From Narcine bancroftii (Eukaryota): 64,000 nucleotides of DNA. Below the pieces are notes generated by a model, which worked only from the letters and a program-made list of their open reading frames with translations, was not told the DNA's origin and searched no databases. Where the stretch lies: the NCBI RefSeq assembly GCF_036971445.1, contig NC_091474.1, positions 32,674,001 to 32,738,000 of the forward strand. The letters are read 5' to 3'. A program made the position numbers and the translations under genes. Of this stretch, positions 12,090-23,569 are shown piece by piece (the first letter of the stretch is position 1; every line of letters begins with the position of its first letter).

Positions 12090-13007
12090 ACTGTTTGGTT
12101 CCCTATCTTCACATATAGCAGCTAAAAGGGAGGTCACACAGTCCACTTGCTTGCCAGTAAGATTTAATGTTTTCTACCATAATCTGCATTGTCAGTTCAA
12201 ATAAATGAATGTTTCAGGGTATATTGCAAACAAATGTGGGGAAATTGAGTCATTTTAGCAAAAGTATAAATGTTTGTTTATCATCTGGTAATTATTTGGG
12301 GTGTAGAGTAAATCACTCTGCAATCAAAGCCAAATTGAATGAATTACTGACAGACTGACTATATTGGTTGACCACCCATTGGAGGTGGATTCAGTTTGAT
12401 TCTGATTTAATATTCATCTCCTTCCAGGGCCACATTTCTATGATTATCTATCTTGACTGCTGGCTCATATTTAAAGAGCCAATCAATGTTTAAAAAAAAT
12501 GTAATGAAAAATATTGCAATTTAACACAAAATTTAACATTAGCTAGCATTTACAAGTATTTATTTGAACTGCTTTAAGTATGATTTTTTTTGGTTTGTGA
12601 ATGAAAACATTCAAAGGTATTCTTCATTTTAAATAGCTTTTAGTATTGAGTTTGGGGTTAACTCTATCAAATTATTGCCTAATAGCAAAATCATATGGAT
12701 TTTTTTTACAAGCCAACACATGTGAATATAAATATAAAATACTGTATTTTTTAACTAGTCAATTAATTAATTGTAACAAGGATTAAATAAATTCCTGTGC
12801 ATAATATCAATTCTGACCATTATTGGCTTTGATGCTGTTTTTCAAAACTTCATCTCAGCTTCACAATGTCTACCCATGCAAGTTTATTACAGGTATAACT
12901 ACTTTGTGCATTTTTCGTATTCTATTTGGAAAAACACTGATCTTTCTAACCAAGAGGTAATTTCCATCTCTAAGAATTGCTTAAACAAATCCATTCAACA
13001 TAAAGAA
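12090..13007 (-). pseudogene. Decayed exons of glycosyltransferase-like region copy 1
   Basis: MHKVVIP/CMGRHCE~KSPTFTPTTGRHEH; IYIHMCW..HMILLL~IYKKYWPNHIMLVL; HRNVAL~ERNVSL; LQYTLKHSFI*TDNADY~VQYNQNRFLCDDVDF; QASGLCDLPF~HSAGLLLCRF. Confidence 0.55.
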
Positions 13008-13563
13008 CTATTAAATGGACAAATTGTTGAATTTTCTGATACTAGCTTTCGAGATCAAAGGGGACTTGGAAGCATATTGACATTTATAAATGGGTGGCAT
13101 GGTTGGTGTAACAGTTAGTGTAACGCCTTTACAGTTCTAACAATGGGTTCGAATCCCGCACTGTCTACTATGGGGTATTTCATTTTAGTGGGGCTGTTGC
13201 CTTGAGGGTTAAGAAATTGAGGGCTAGTATAAGCTGCAGCCATTCACAACTGTGCAGAGAACTGAGTTTGACAGCAATTAGTACAATGTGTACCCCCTTC
13301 ACTACGTTTGAAGAGAAGAAAGAAAATGTTTCTTTTATCCAGGCACGGGTGTGAAGAGACCAATTTAAAAAGGAACAGCACATTTTATGATCAGCAGCCA
13401 TTTTAAAGAAGCAGCACTTTGAACAGTGGCATCTGAAGAGACTGTGCTGGAGGAGCTCCGTGTGGTAATGGACAATTTGTTTGCTTCTCCCTATCGGGTG
13501 AAGTTATGATGCCCACCATGACCAAAGGAAGTGTAATTCTGAAGGGGAATTAGAGTACCACAC

Positions 13564-13775
13564 TGCAGCGCGTCGAATGATTCAAAGACTTCTTTAATCA
13601 GCAAAAGACTGGAGCATATTACGTCAAGGTCGACCAGTCCAGATTGATCTGGGTCTGGTTAGGAGTAGTCCTTTACGACCTGCCAGTAGGTGTGGCTACA
13701 TCTCTCAGCCAATCACAGCAGCTATATGCAAATATATACAAATATACATTGGTGACTGTATTCGATACTATCACA
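13564..13775 (-). mobile_element. Short solo LTR (212 bp)
   Basis: Minus strand TGTGATAG...GCTGCA, with 5-bp TSD CACAC at 13559-63 and 13776-80. Confidence 0.8.
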
Positions 13776-14077
13776 CACACGTGACCAAAAGAGAGGTCAT
13801 TTTGGACTAACCCACGTCTGGGTTATGGAAGTATTGTGAAAGTCACTCGTTTCAGTTCCCCTAGAAAAGGAAAAGGGGAGTTGTGACTACCATTCTTCAG
13901 AAAGGGGTTTTCTTCTGGAAGTAATGCGTCAAGGTTTTGTGAGTTTGTGGCAGTCTGTCTCTCACCTCATTCATAATCACTTCTTTCTCAGTTTAAAACT
14001 TTGTGTCAACGCTGGAATTTGTAAGACTGACTTTGGAATAACTTTCCAGAATCATGCTGAAGCTGTAATGGTTTGGG

Positions 14078-14819
14078 TCTTCTTTTCTTTGGCTTGGCTT
14101 CGCGGACGAAAATTTATGGAGGGTGTAAAAGTCCACGTCAGCTGCAGGCACGTTTGTGGCTGACAAGTCCGATGCGGGACAGGCAGACACGGTTGAAGCG
14201 GCTGCAGGGGAAAATTGGTTGGTTGGGGTTGGGTGTTGGGTTTTTCCTCCTTTGCCTTTTGTCAGTGAGGTGGGCTCTGCGGTCTTCTTCAAAGGAGGTT
14301 GCTGCCCGCCAAACTGTGAGGCGCCAAGATGCACGGTTTGAGGTGATATCAGCCCACTGGCGGTGGTCAATGTGGCAGGCACCAAGAGATTTCTTTAGGC
14401 AGTCCTTGTACCTTTTCTTTGGTGCACCTCTGTCACGGTGGCCAGTGGAGAGCTCGCCATATAACACGATCTTGGGAAGGCGATGGTCCTCCATTCTGGA
14501 GACGTGACCCACCCAGCGCAGCTGGATCTTCAGCAGCGTGGACTCGATGCTGTCGACCTCTGCCATCTCGAGTACTTCGACGTTAGGGATGAAAGCGCTC
14601 CAATGTATGTTGAGGATGGAGCGGAGACAACGCTGGTGGAAGCGTTCTAGGAGCCGTAGGTGATGCCGGTAGAGGACCCATGATTCGGAGTCGAACAGGA
14701 GTGTGGGTATGACAACGGCTCTGTATACGCTTATCTTTGTGAGGATTTTCAGTTGGTTGTTTTTCCAGCCTCTTTTGTGTAGTCTTCCAAAGGCGCTATT
14801 TGCCTTGGCGAGTCTGTTG
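14078..14819 (-). mobile_element. RTE LINE 3' fragment
   Basis: Nearly identical to the 3' part of 59183-60981 (LRWVGHVSRMEDHRLPK..SHKRACS), with the same 3' UTR and tail. Confidence 0.95.
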
Positions 14820-15249
14820 CAAGCACATTTAGATAAGGTGTTACAGTAATTATTTTCAAACTAATATTTTTATTATTAATACTGTTTTGGTCAATTTCTA
14901 TTACTGCTGGTCTGTGATCTGACATGTTTATAAGAAGTTTAAGTTCTCCTCGTGTCTGCATGGGTTATCTCTGGGGGCTCTGGTTGCCTCCCACCATTTT
15001 TGTAATGTACTGGGGGTGTAGTTTATTTGGGTGTAAATTGAGTGGCACAGATTTGTGGGCCAAAAGGGCCTGTTACTGTGCTGTATAGCTAAATTTTAAA
15101 AAAATTAAATGTAAAAATGAAATTTCATGATGTTTGAAGCCCTTTAACACAAGCTAAAGGGTTAATAATTGTTTGCACAAAGAAAATTAAAAATCACAGC
15201 ATTCACAAGGGAATTCAATTCATCCTGAGAATGTCTAAAAAATGTAAAA

Positions 15250-15760
15250 CAAAAGTTTGCAGGCACTGTGGTTGAAGTAAAAACACAATGTTGGAGAAAC
15301 TCAGCAGGTCAAACAATGTCCTTAGAGCTTGAGAGCAGCAGGAATTTCAGGTGGTGGGGGCAGTGAGAGAGAATGCTACAGAATTTGGTGGCTCGGTTTT
15401 AGCGCAACTCCTTTACTGCACCAGCGATCAGGACTGGTGTTCAAATCCCATGCTGTCTGTAAGAAATTTATATGTTCTCCCTGTGTCTGAGTTGTTTTTC
15501 CCCAGGGCCTCTGGTTTCCTCCTGCCATTTGAAACTTACTGGGGGTGAAGATTAAGTTGGTGTAAATTGGGCAGCACGGACTCGTTGGCTGAAATGACCC
15601 GTTACCGTGCTGTTTGTCTAAATTAAAAAAAAATAAATTTAAAAGAATTTCCTTCAAGAGCAAAGGAGGCATCCCTGGAAGAGATTTCAGAGATGAAGTA
15701 AAAACTGGTGAATATAAAAGACGCTGTTGACCTGCTGAGTTTCTTCAGTGTTGTGTTTTT
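15250..15760. mobile_element. Short Penelope-derived inverted-end element containing a tRNA-SINE (15381-15625, +)
   Basis: GGAGAAACTCAGCAGGTCAAAC at the left and GACCTGCTGAGTTTCTTCAG at the right, the same motifs as at 25.3 and 26.3 kb. The SINE has A/B-box-like motifs. Confidence 0.6.
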
Positions 15761-16447
15761 ATGATGCCTGAAAGATGCTCTGAGTCTGGCCAAAGAAGAG
15801 TGTTGTCTGTTGTCAGTTTCAAACACACAGAATCAGGACTCTTCTGAAAATCAGTTCCTTGAATGCAGTAGATGCTGGGTATCTCCATACCCTTGCATTT
15901 TCCAGGTTAATATGTAAGAAAAGACAAGTAACCAAAAAAAATTGTTTAATTTTAAAAATTTCTTGCAGTTTTAGAAGACATGGGGTGGGTCGGAAGGGGG
16001 GGGGGGGTGGCAGTTTACAGCTATACAGCACCATTGAAGTCTTCTGTTAACTGCAAATTAAAAAAAAAACCCTCCTATCACTCCCACCATCCTCCTGCCT
16101 CTCCCCCATCCTGGCACTTATCTGTGAGCCTTATCCAGTGAAGTAACTGGTCAATTATTGATGACAGCTACTGGAAACCTGTCTGGCTCAGGCACCCCAT
16201 CTAAATTATTGAATGGAGGCCTTGGGCCCACTTTTATGTTTGTAGAATAAGTGTTTTAATGTATTGCTTTTATCTGCTTTCGTGTGCCTCCCAATCACAT
16301 GGTCTAATTGTAATTCTACTTGATTGATTGTTTGTTTCCAAACGCTCCAGAAAATGACAAACACTCAGCAGCTGTGCAATGTTGCACTTAGCATACTGAT
16401 AATGTACATAATAATGGTTCAAATCTGAACACTGCGACTAATTCTAC

Positions 16448-16800
16448 CTTTATTGAACTGTTTAAACAAAGTCTTACACTGCACGACCCCTCAAATTGCT
16501 GAAGGTTCTCTAAATCTTGAAGTAGCTCCCTCTCTTGCAATTCTTTTGCTAATTATATAATCTTTTAGTGCACCTCAATTATAAATATTTTCCAAGTTGT
16601 TCAGTAAAGTGACTAAAATTTTTAAAGTTGCCCAACAATGCTATGCCTGCACCATTTGAATGATAGCACTCCCATGTCCATTCATTTCCAATAATTGGGA
16701 GTTGTTAATTTTTGTCTCCTGGTGTGAAAGGTGCCTCCACCAGTGATTATTTTCATAATATGAACAACTAAGTGGCATTTAAAGAGCTCCAGAAACAATT
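16448..16800 (-). pseudogene. GREB1-like exons (~16800-16574 and 16548-16448)
   Basis: MPLSCSYYENNHWWRH..SQLLEMNGH..LKILV ~ MRLSKYAAYNTYHH..YQLYESTLH..LHFII. FEGSCSVRLCLNSSIK ~ QLESMRLPLVTDK. Donor AAG|gtag. Confidence 0.55.
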
Positions 16801-16972
16801 TTAACTTTTTTTTTAACCAGATATTGAAGGAAACACAATTGAACTTAAAGGAACCAATATCCCGATGCATACAAAATTGGCCATTTTAAAGAAAGCGTTG
16901 TTTCTGCAGTCAGTTACCTCTCATAACTTTGTTTCTGCAGATTGATAACCTATTCCTTCTTTAACAACAGTC

Positions 16973-17051
16973 CAGTCCAAAACTATTATGTTGAATGTTT
17001 ACCATATTGCCATCTGGACCATACATATTTATGAATTGCAACTGATAATGT
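16973..17051. repeat. 79-bp direct repeat, copy 1
   Basis: 78/79 identical to 19737-19815. Confidence 0.95.
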
Positions 17052-17369
17052 TCTCAGAATTGATCTCCATTGGAAAATATGCAATAATCTGGCAATGCAA
17101 ATGGCAAACAGAATCATTTTTGTGTATAAATCTATTTTTTTAAAACTATTCAACATAAGGACCAAAGCAAAATTTGTAATAGAGCAAGCTATCTATTCTG
17201 AACATAGACTGGAGTTGTTGTTGGGTCATGGCTCATGTTGCAATAAAGAGAAAATAGAATGTAAAGCAGGTTGGCATCTCAGCTAATGTAGTCTTAGTGA
17301 TATGATTAGACTTGTATTCAATAACCCAAGGGAGACTCATGGTGAAGGCTAAATAGAAAGCAAGTAGAT

Positions 17370-17620
17370 TAACCCAGAGGTGGATTCATGATCTGGACTC
17401 CATGGTATCAAATTGAATCAAGCAGGTTGCCGTTTAACATACAATGAAGCAGAACTCCGGTAAGCTTGACACCAGTGCACAGGACCAGGCAAAATAACTG
17501 CCTACCCAATAATGCACGCAGAACTATTTTGATGTTCCGAAAAATGTACATATTTTTGATAAATTTTTTTGAAGAATTGGATATTGTGTGACAATGGAAT
17601 AGAATCATCCATTATAGAAC
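17370..17620 (-). pseudogene. GREB1-like exon with degenerate P-loop motif
   Basis: With one frameshift: AVILPGPV/TGVKLTGVLLHCML ~ RLLLSGPPQIGKTGAYLQFL. Confidence 0.6.
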
Positions 17621-18061
17621 ATGCTGACTAGATGGACTCATTCATTTTCCTGGACAGTCTGTGTCCCTTCAATCCTCTCTCATCCATAAATTTCTCCAAG
17701 GGTCTTCACTTCTACTGTTTCCTCTGTAAACTCATTCCAGATACGTACCACCCTTTTATACTTTATAACATGAATATATAACCAGCAATTCCTAGAACAA
17801 TGCATCATACTTAGTAATATTTGTGAACCTCAGCACAGATTCTTAAACACCCCAGAGAATTTAAATAATAGAGCTAAAGCAATAGCATGGAGAACCAGTT
17901 CAGTTTTTCTTATAGATACAGTTACTCAAATTTACTGAGCTGCCAAATAAAGAAAATGCCTTTCTGAACAATATTGTCTTTTGATTTCTTATGAGACATC
18001 TGCCCAAAATATTGTGTGCAATCTGCTTATATATCTTCAGAAGTTATCAAATAAATCTTAC

Positions 18062-18732
18062 CAATTTTCAGAAAGGGTTCTCAGCACACAACACAATGCA
18101 ATTCCAGAGACATCAGCCTTCAGTAGATTCATCGTCAGAGCTTAGCTGAAGCACCTCTGCTGAATGGTTGGGCTGCTTCTAAGAAGGGTCAATTCTCCAG
18201 CCTCAATGTACTGATACATCAGCTGGCTCAACACAAGGTTTCATCCAGTCATCACTGCTGCTACCCATTTAAAGGTGAAGAGAACTTGGGAAGAAGCCTT
18301 CTCTGGCTTTGGTTCTGACACATGGGTCCATTTGGTGCTTCTGTTCTAGTTGCACCGCTAGGCACAACACCAGAATCAGTTGCAAGGCTTCCTGTAAAAT
18401 GATTGACTGGAAATGATTGCCTTCAGTACTGATGAGGTTATTTCTGAGAAATTTCAGGGAGGAAGGATTCCAGAAGATGGAAGAACTTTGAGTGCCAGGT
18501 GGAGAAACCATTTCCTTAAAGAAGCAGACTTTCTGCAATGAATCCAGAGTTAATTATTCTTCCTGATTACATTACTGTTATAGTAAATGTGTGATATTTA
18601 TCTGTATCCATTCTGCTCTAAATCTGCTGAATTGGCCTTTTTCATTGTCCATGTCAAAACCTTCTGAATAAGACTCCCTTGCAAGCTGCATGTACTGAAC
18701 TTCTGACCTCATAAGGTCTTCAAGGCAATACT
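18062..18732 (-). pseudogene. GREB1-like exons (18732-~18602 and 18532-18062, Ser/acidic linker)
   Basis: VLP*RPYEVRSSVHAAC ~ SLPRSLRYCDLRLINSSC. The next exon is ttcattgcag|...TTG|gtaag, with low-complexity GSSSDD and VLQLSSDDE where GREB1 has its disordered linker. Confidence 0.5.
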
Positions 18733-19052
18733 CTAAGTTGAAGGGTCAGACCAAGTACTGTAATATGGAATCAATGTTGATAAACTGTATGTTGTCGTGC
18801 CATGGATGTGATGGGCCAAAGGGAATTTAAAAAAAATATATATATATAATGACTCTTAGATTCTATTTGTGTGCCATTCACAAGAGTGTTCTTGTGTATT
18901 CCTGAAAGGTGTTGCTTTGGACCCTGTGAAAATTCATTTCTAAAACCACTGACCATAAAATAAATCCAGAAAAATGAAAAGTTCTGTTGATATTGCTCAG
19001 TAAGTAGGGATAATCTTGTATCAAGTATTGTGTTTATCATTAACCAATTCAC

Positions 19053-19192
19053 GTTGACTTATTGTGTGTCTGGCACTGAATGATGACGAGGTAACCACTT
19101 GAGTGCCAGCAATGAAAAAGTTTACATTTGGAGTCCTCCAGTTCAATGAACAGTTTTAATCTTGGAAGTTCCTGAGCTAGGTTGAGTTAAGT
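19053..19192 (-). pseudogene. GREB1-like exon
   Basis: cttcag|..|gtgaat. ELPRLKLFIELEDSKCKLFHCW ~ EWRPQTYLELEGLPCILIF. Splice phases agree with both neighbouring exons. Confidence 0.7.
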
Positions 19193-19547
19193 CTGAAGCA
19201 TTTAAACTGGAGGCTAAAACTTTGTCTAAATACAGCAGTGATGGCCTTTTTAAACTTTTAAATTTAGGTATGCATTATGGTACCAAGTCCTTCCGGCCCA
19301 TTAGCCTGTGCCTCCCAATTATGTCCAATGAGCGGACCCCATACATCCTATGGAAGAAACTGGAGCACCCAACGGAAACCCATGTGGTCACGGGAAGAAT
19401 GTTCAAGCTTCTTTTGAAGTAAATATATATTTCTGCCTTTTAGTATACCAGTGTGTGATGGCTTTTTTAAAAATTGTAATGAAGAAACTTGGGTTCTTTT
19501 GTATTAATTATATTAGCAACGTGGGGAGCATCCAATTTGCATCTTAC

Positions 19548-19702
19548 TGAGGTGGAACATTCCCAAATTCCTGAACATCTGTAGCCTTTTTAAACAATGT
19601 TGTCACATGAAATTAGATGCTCATTTTATCACAGCATCTCTTTTTTAAGCTCATCAGAAGATAGAGAATGGGCAACTGTTGGCAAAAAGTTTTGGAGAAT
19701 CC
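19548..19702 (-). pseudogene. GREB1-like exon
   Basis: gttcag|..|gtaaga. FLPTVAHSLSSDELKKEML ~ RVPSVQLAMLAKERLQEV. In-frame stops. Confidence 0.6.
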
Positions 19703-19736
19703 CTGAACAATGCCATTTCCAGTAATCTCAAGCTTA

Positions 19737-19815
19737 CAGTCCAAAACCATTATGTTGAATGTTTACCATATTGCCATCTGGACCATACATATTTATGAAT
19801 TGCAACTGATAATGT
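19737..19815. repeat. 79-bp direct repeat, copy 2 (intronic)
   Basis: 78/79 identical to 16973-17051. Confidence 0.95.
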
Positions 19816-19851
19816 ATAGATATTCCTTTATTTTAATTTTCAAAAACTTAC

Positions 19852-20182
19852 CTGAATTTTATCATTAATCACAAAGCATCGCATTTACTTTGATTCTGTT
19901 TTCATGGTTCTTTTGCCTACCACCTTATGATCACACAATGCACCCTGCTGAATAGCTAGGCAGGCAATGGAGCACATCTTTCCTTCCACTGACATTATTA
20001 GTTGACTGTATCTAAGACATTTTCCATCATGATCCAGGGTGTTGTCTTGTGCTGGAAGACCAGCATCCTGCAAATCATTGAGGTCCAACAGTGGTCCTCC
20101 CCACCTCAAGCAGTTGGAACCTCTGGCAAGAACAATGTTGACAGCCAATGTATCACTCTCCTTGTTTAATCAGCTGCCAAAT
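19852..20182 (-). pseudogene. GREB1-like exon
   Basis: Strong donor CAG|gtaagt. SNCLRWGGPLL..RYSQL..CLAIQQGAL ~ SKSLQWGITSPLL..RYPRL..YLLIQQYSEAL (GREB1L). Two stops. Confidence 0.72.
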
Positions 20183-20934
20183 CTAGAGCTTAAATTAAAT
20201 GATTTACGTTTCTCTGTGACACTCACAAATATTCATAATTATTGAAGACATGTCAATAAATAAATGCTAAAAGTTAAAATTAGGGAAATCTGTTTTGATA
20301 GTTTTTTTTTTAGTCATTTAATATTCTTTTATTAACTTTTTAACTAACTTAATTAAAGTTTAACACAACTTTCATCCCAAACATGAACTCCATTTATAAC
20401 TCCCATTGTGTGGAAAAGACCCCGAACACACTCTTCTCCCCCTTTCCTTCAGTGAGAAATCTCAAGGGTGTGGAAACATGCACCAACCTGTTTAAAGACC
20501 ATTTCTTCCCTGGAGCCATCAGACTTCTCAATGAATCTCATAATAGTGAATTGATCTTCCTTTTTATTGTAATGCCATATTCTGTAAATAGTGCTCTTTA
20601 TACCAGTGGTGTATCTTGGTAAAATAGTGCCAATGCCAAACAATGAAATTGCATCCACGCCCCACTTAAAAAAATGGACATAAAATGGACAGTTAGGCAG
20701 TTTCCACACACAATTGGGCTAGTTTTGAAGATCGGTTGTGTGTGTATTGGGCACTTTCTCAGATGTCATGAATTCCCATTCCCTAAATCAGCACCTTTCC
20801 TCACAGCCGGGTTCATTGTAGCAGGGTTAGAAGTGGGTCGGGCAAAATGTTTTTGATGGGGAGAAGCAGACTCTCTCCCTCCCTCCCCACTCCTCTGTTA
20901 AAAGCCTCTGTGCCTGTCATGCAATTAGACTCAT

Positions 20935-21386
20935 TTGCTTTGTTCACGAAACCAGCATGTTGAATATGCAGCCATTCCAGAGCTGGGCACAAGCATTGAT
21001 GTTAACAGCTGTTGCATTGGTGGTGTTTGAATGCTGCCCCTCCTGTACCCAAGGCTGGGTTGAACAAGTCTGACTCTTCAGCTGAGAAGGGAAACCTGTA
21101 CCTGAACTTCTTTCTCAATCTGGAATAAATCTGTCTTGCTTCAGTGGGGAACAGAACATGGGGGTGAACTCTTGAATTCTCACTGCTGCAATTCCCCACT
21201 TACTTCAATGAAAACTCCAACTCTCCCTTTGTTTTGCAAGAGTCTGCTGCAGACCATAGATAACACAAAGCATCTCCTGGTGAAGATAAACATTGGGCAA
21301 GTTAGGCACTGATTTTTGTTTTCCACTCCACGCACATAATCTCTCCCCTTGCACTTTGTACAATTTAAACATAATTGATGCTGCCA
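20935..21386 (-). pseudogene. GREB1-like exon
   Basis: VAASIMFKLYKV..QQTL..VRIQEF..NINACAQLWNGCIFNMLVS ~ VAQKLLSHVCSI..QQTL..QRVEQY..LLNCREVKEAPNIVTLHVT. Confidence 0.62.
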
Positions 21387-21434
21387 CTGAAGGGCAAAAT
21401 GAAGTCTTACCTGTGATTGTTCAAAGGGTTGCCA

Positions 21435-21950
21435 GTGCCCCTTTTGAGGTCTCGTTTGCCTAATGGTAGCGCCAGCCTTGGGTGCAGTGGTGCTGGAGTT
21501 CACCAGAGCACTGCTATGGGCTGGTATCTCATTGGCCCTGCATCGGGGCCTCTCCAGCACCTTGCGCAATGCAGAATCAATGGGCAAAATGGCCAACTTC
21601 CTTACCCCTAATCCCATGTGAAACTGGAAACGTTTTGCAGTTTCAGCTGCATGGGTGGGGGGGGGGAGGGATTAGCGGTAAGGAAGATGGCCATTTTGCC
21701 CATTGATCCCACATTGAGTGAGGTGCCAGAGCAGCCCTTAAGCGGCCCTGTGAGCTGCTAGAGCGGCACTGCAAGGTGCTAAAGTGAGACCCTGCAGCAT
21801 AGCAGCCCTGGGATGGAGATATTATTGGGCTAGGGACTCGGATATTGGGTGGGCGAGTTGAGGGCACTGGTGCCCCCTTGCAATTGCGCCCCCTTGCAAT
21901 TGCACCCAGGGCATGTGCCTAAGCTCCCATAGTCTAGATTTGCCTATACT
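21435..21950. mobile_element. GC-richer non-autonomous DNA-transposon remnants with an internal 40-bp inverted repeat
   Basis: GTTTGCCTAATGGTAGCGCCAGCCTTG end motif, GCCCCCTTGCAATTGC duplicated, inverted-repeat arms at 21576-21615 and 21668-21707. Confidence 0.5.
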
Positions 21951-22029
21951 TTACACAGCTGTCGGTCTGTTTGCTGAAAAACCCTCTCATTGTACAAGAT
22001 ACCTTGTGACAAATAAATCTAAACCTGAG

Positions 22030-22850
22030 AGTACATCACTGACAGCATTATTCATCCTTCTGTAATGCAAGCATCTTATCCACCTGGGTTTCTCAATGAT
22101 CAAGAATGGAGAATACATCATGAAGGGAGTCATTATCCATGATTTTACAGTATAAATTTACGCTATAATTTACCAACAATTTTACAACTTCCCTATTAAA
22201 AACTTACGCCTGACATACATAGAAAAGTGACATTCTTTAAACATTACCAGAACTGTTAAATATATTCCTTTACAGTGGCTTGAAGCTTAGAATCTTGTTT
22301 TTATCTTGAAATGTTTTTTGATTGAAGTAAAAGTGAAACAGCAAATGATTAAAGGGAGTGAAGGAATCTGAAGTCAAATTGTTAAAACTTGAGTGAATGC
22401 CTCATACAACAGGCTTCAATGCTATTTTTAATTTTTGTCAATTTGAAACCAGCTTTGACAGATACAATGAAAGTCTTCATTTTAAGGCAGCTGTTAAAAA
22501 TTCTGAAATAAATATGAGCAAACTACGGCTTTTTCCCAAAAGACGTAAATCAGGACTGCAGATCTGCCAATAAATAAATGTACTTATTGGTTGTAAATGG
22601 ATATTTTTCAGGCATTAAAGGCAGTTAATGTGTGGAAAGGAATTGTTACACTGGAGCAATGGGAGGAGCTCAAAGGTCAGGGGTAAAAGTGAGGTGCACG
22701 CTCGGAAAAAGCGAGGCGGCATTATAGATCCCTCCCTTTGAGTACTAACGAATGTAGCTTTTAACTGATCTCCCATTCTCATATACACACTATTTATAAT
22801 TATTGAATAAAAATGTGATGTCCCCTGATATTCCATGCACTTCAAATTTC
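22030..22850 (-). pseudogene. GREB1-like N-terminal-region exons
   Basis: CMEYQGTSHFYSIIIN..LLPLTFELLPLL ~ PVIFKGHGNFPYLCGN..IQPISEEMQLLL; GIYLTVLV/FLCMSG ~ TNYVVIIC..CIAVTG; NDSLHDVFSIL..QVDKML ~ VDSLGAFFSTL..DIDILL. Confidence 0.65.
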
Positions 22851-23569
22851 AGATGTTATGCTTCAGTATTATTTAAGATCAAAGCCTGAGCCCTACTGCT
22901 TGCTTGTTTATTTGCCCAATATTTCACCAGCTTTAAAGTATACTGTTTCCTCAAGGAATGAGTTGAGATTTTAGTAACCTTTCTTTCTAATTGCACTGGT
23001 AATATAACTGTGTTAATTTAAAAATTTTATAAATCAGAATAAGTTCACATTAAGCTGAACTGTTTGCAATTTTGCATCAAATCTACTCAAACCAAAAGAT
23101 GTGAAGCTGGGAGAGTTGAAGTCTGTGTGGGCAGGAATAAGGTATTTTATTTGAGAGGCATTATGAAACCCTGTGGGAGGAAAGAGCGCGTGAGAATGGT
23201 AGAGATATGTGTGCAGGGGAACAGAGAGATTCAGGGGCAAGCAGTTTTTATCAACTGCAACTTCAAACGGCTCATGACCTGATATTTTCAATTCATCTAA
23301 TACTGTAGCTCATTTCTGTTTGGTTTTTATAATAATTCTCCATGCAGTTAGAACATGAGAAACTAATAATTACCAAAACAAAAATTGAGTTTGGACTAAA
23401 CCATTGGTAAAAGACAAAACTGTATATCACATTCCATGTGTAATGTATGTGGTTAATATCACTGAGGGCCAATTTGGATTATGTTCTGACTCTAATGTGT
23501 TTTTTTAAAAAAATCCAAACTTTTGACTGAGAACACTATCGATAAAAATGATTTAAAAATAGTTGAAAG

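Larger units (their letters stand above)
13089..15105 (+). mobile_element. tRNA-derived SINE split (13089-13167 and 14929-15105) by a ~1.76-kb LTR-like insertion
   Basis: The head GGTTCGAATCCCGCACTGTCT resumes as ATAAGAAGTTT..GTTCTCC, colinear with the unsplit SINE at 15381. Confidence 0.75.

Noticed and set aside
13993-14507. Overlapping 130-144-aa ORFs (also at 47.4-47.8 kb and 60.5-61.0 kb)
   Set aside because: Alternative and antisense frames of the GC-rich RTE 3' region.
19990-20090. Plus-strand SIMIQGVV resembling a Harbinger transposase or RTE relic
   Set aside because: It is the antisense shadow of a well-bounded GREB1-like exon.
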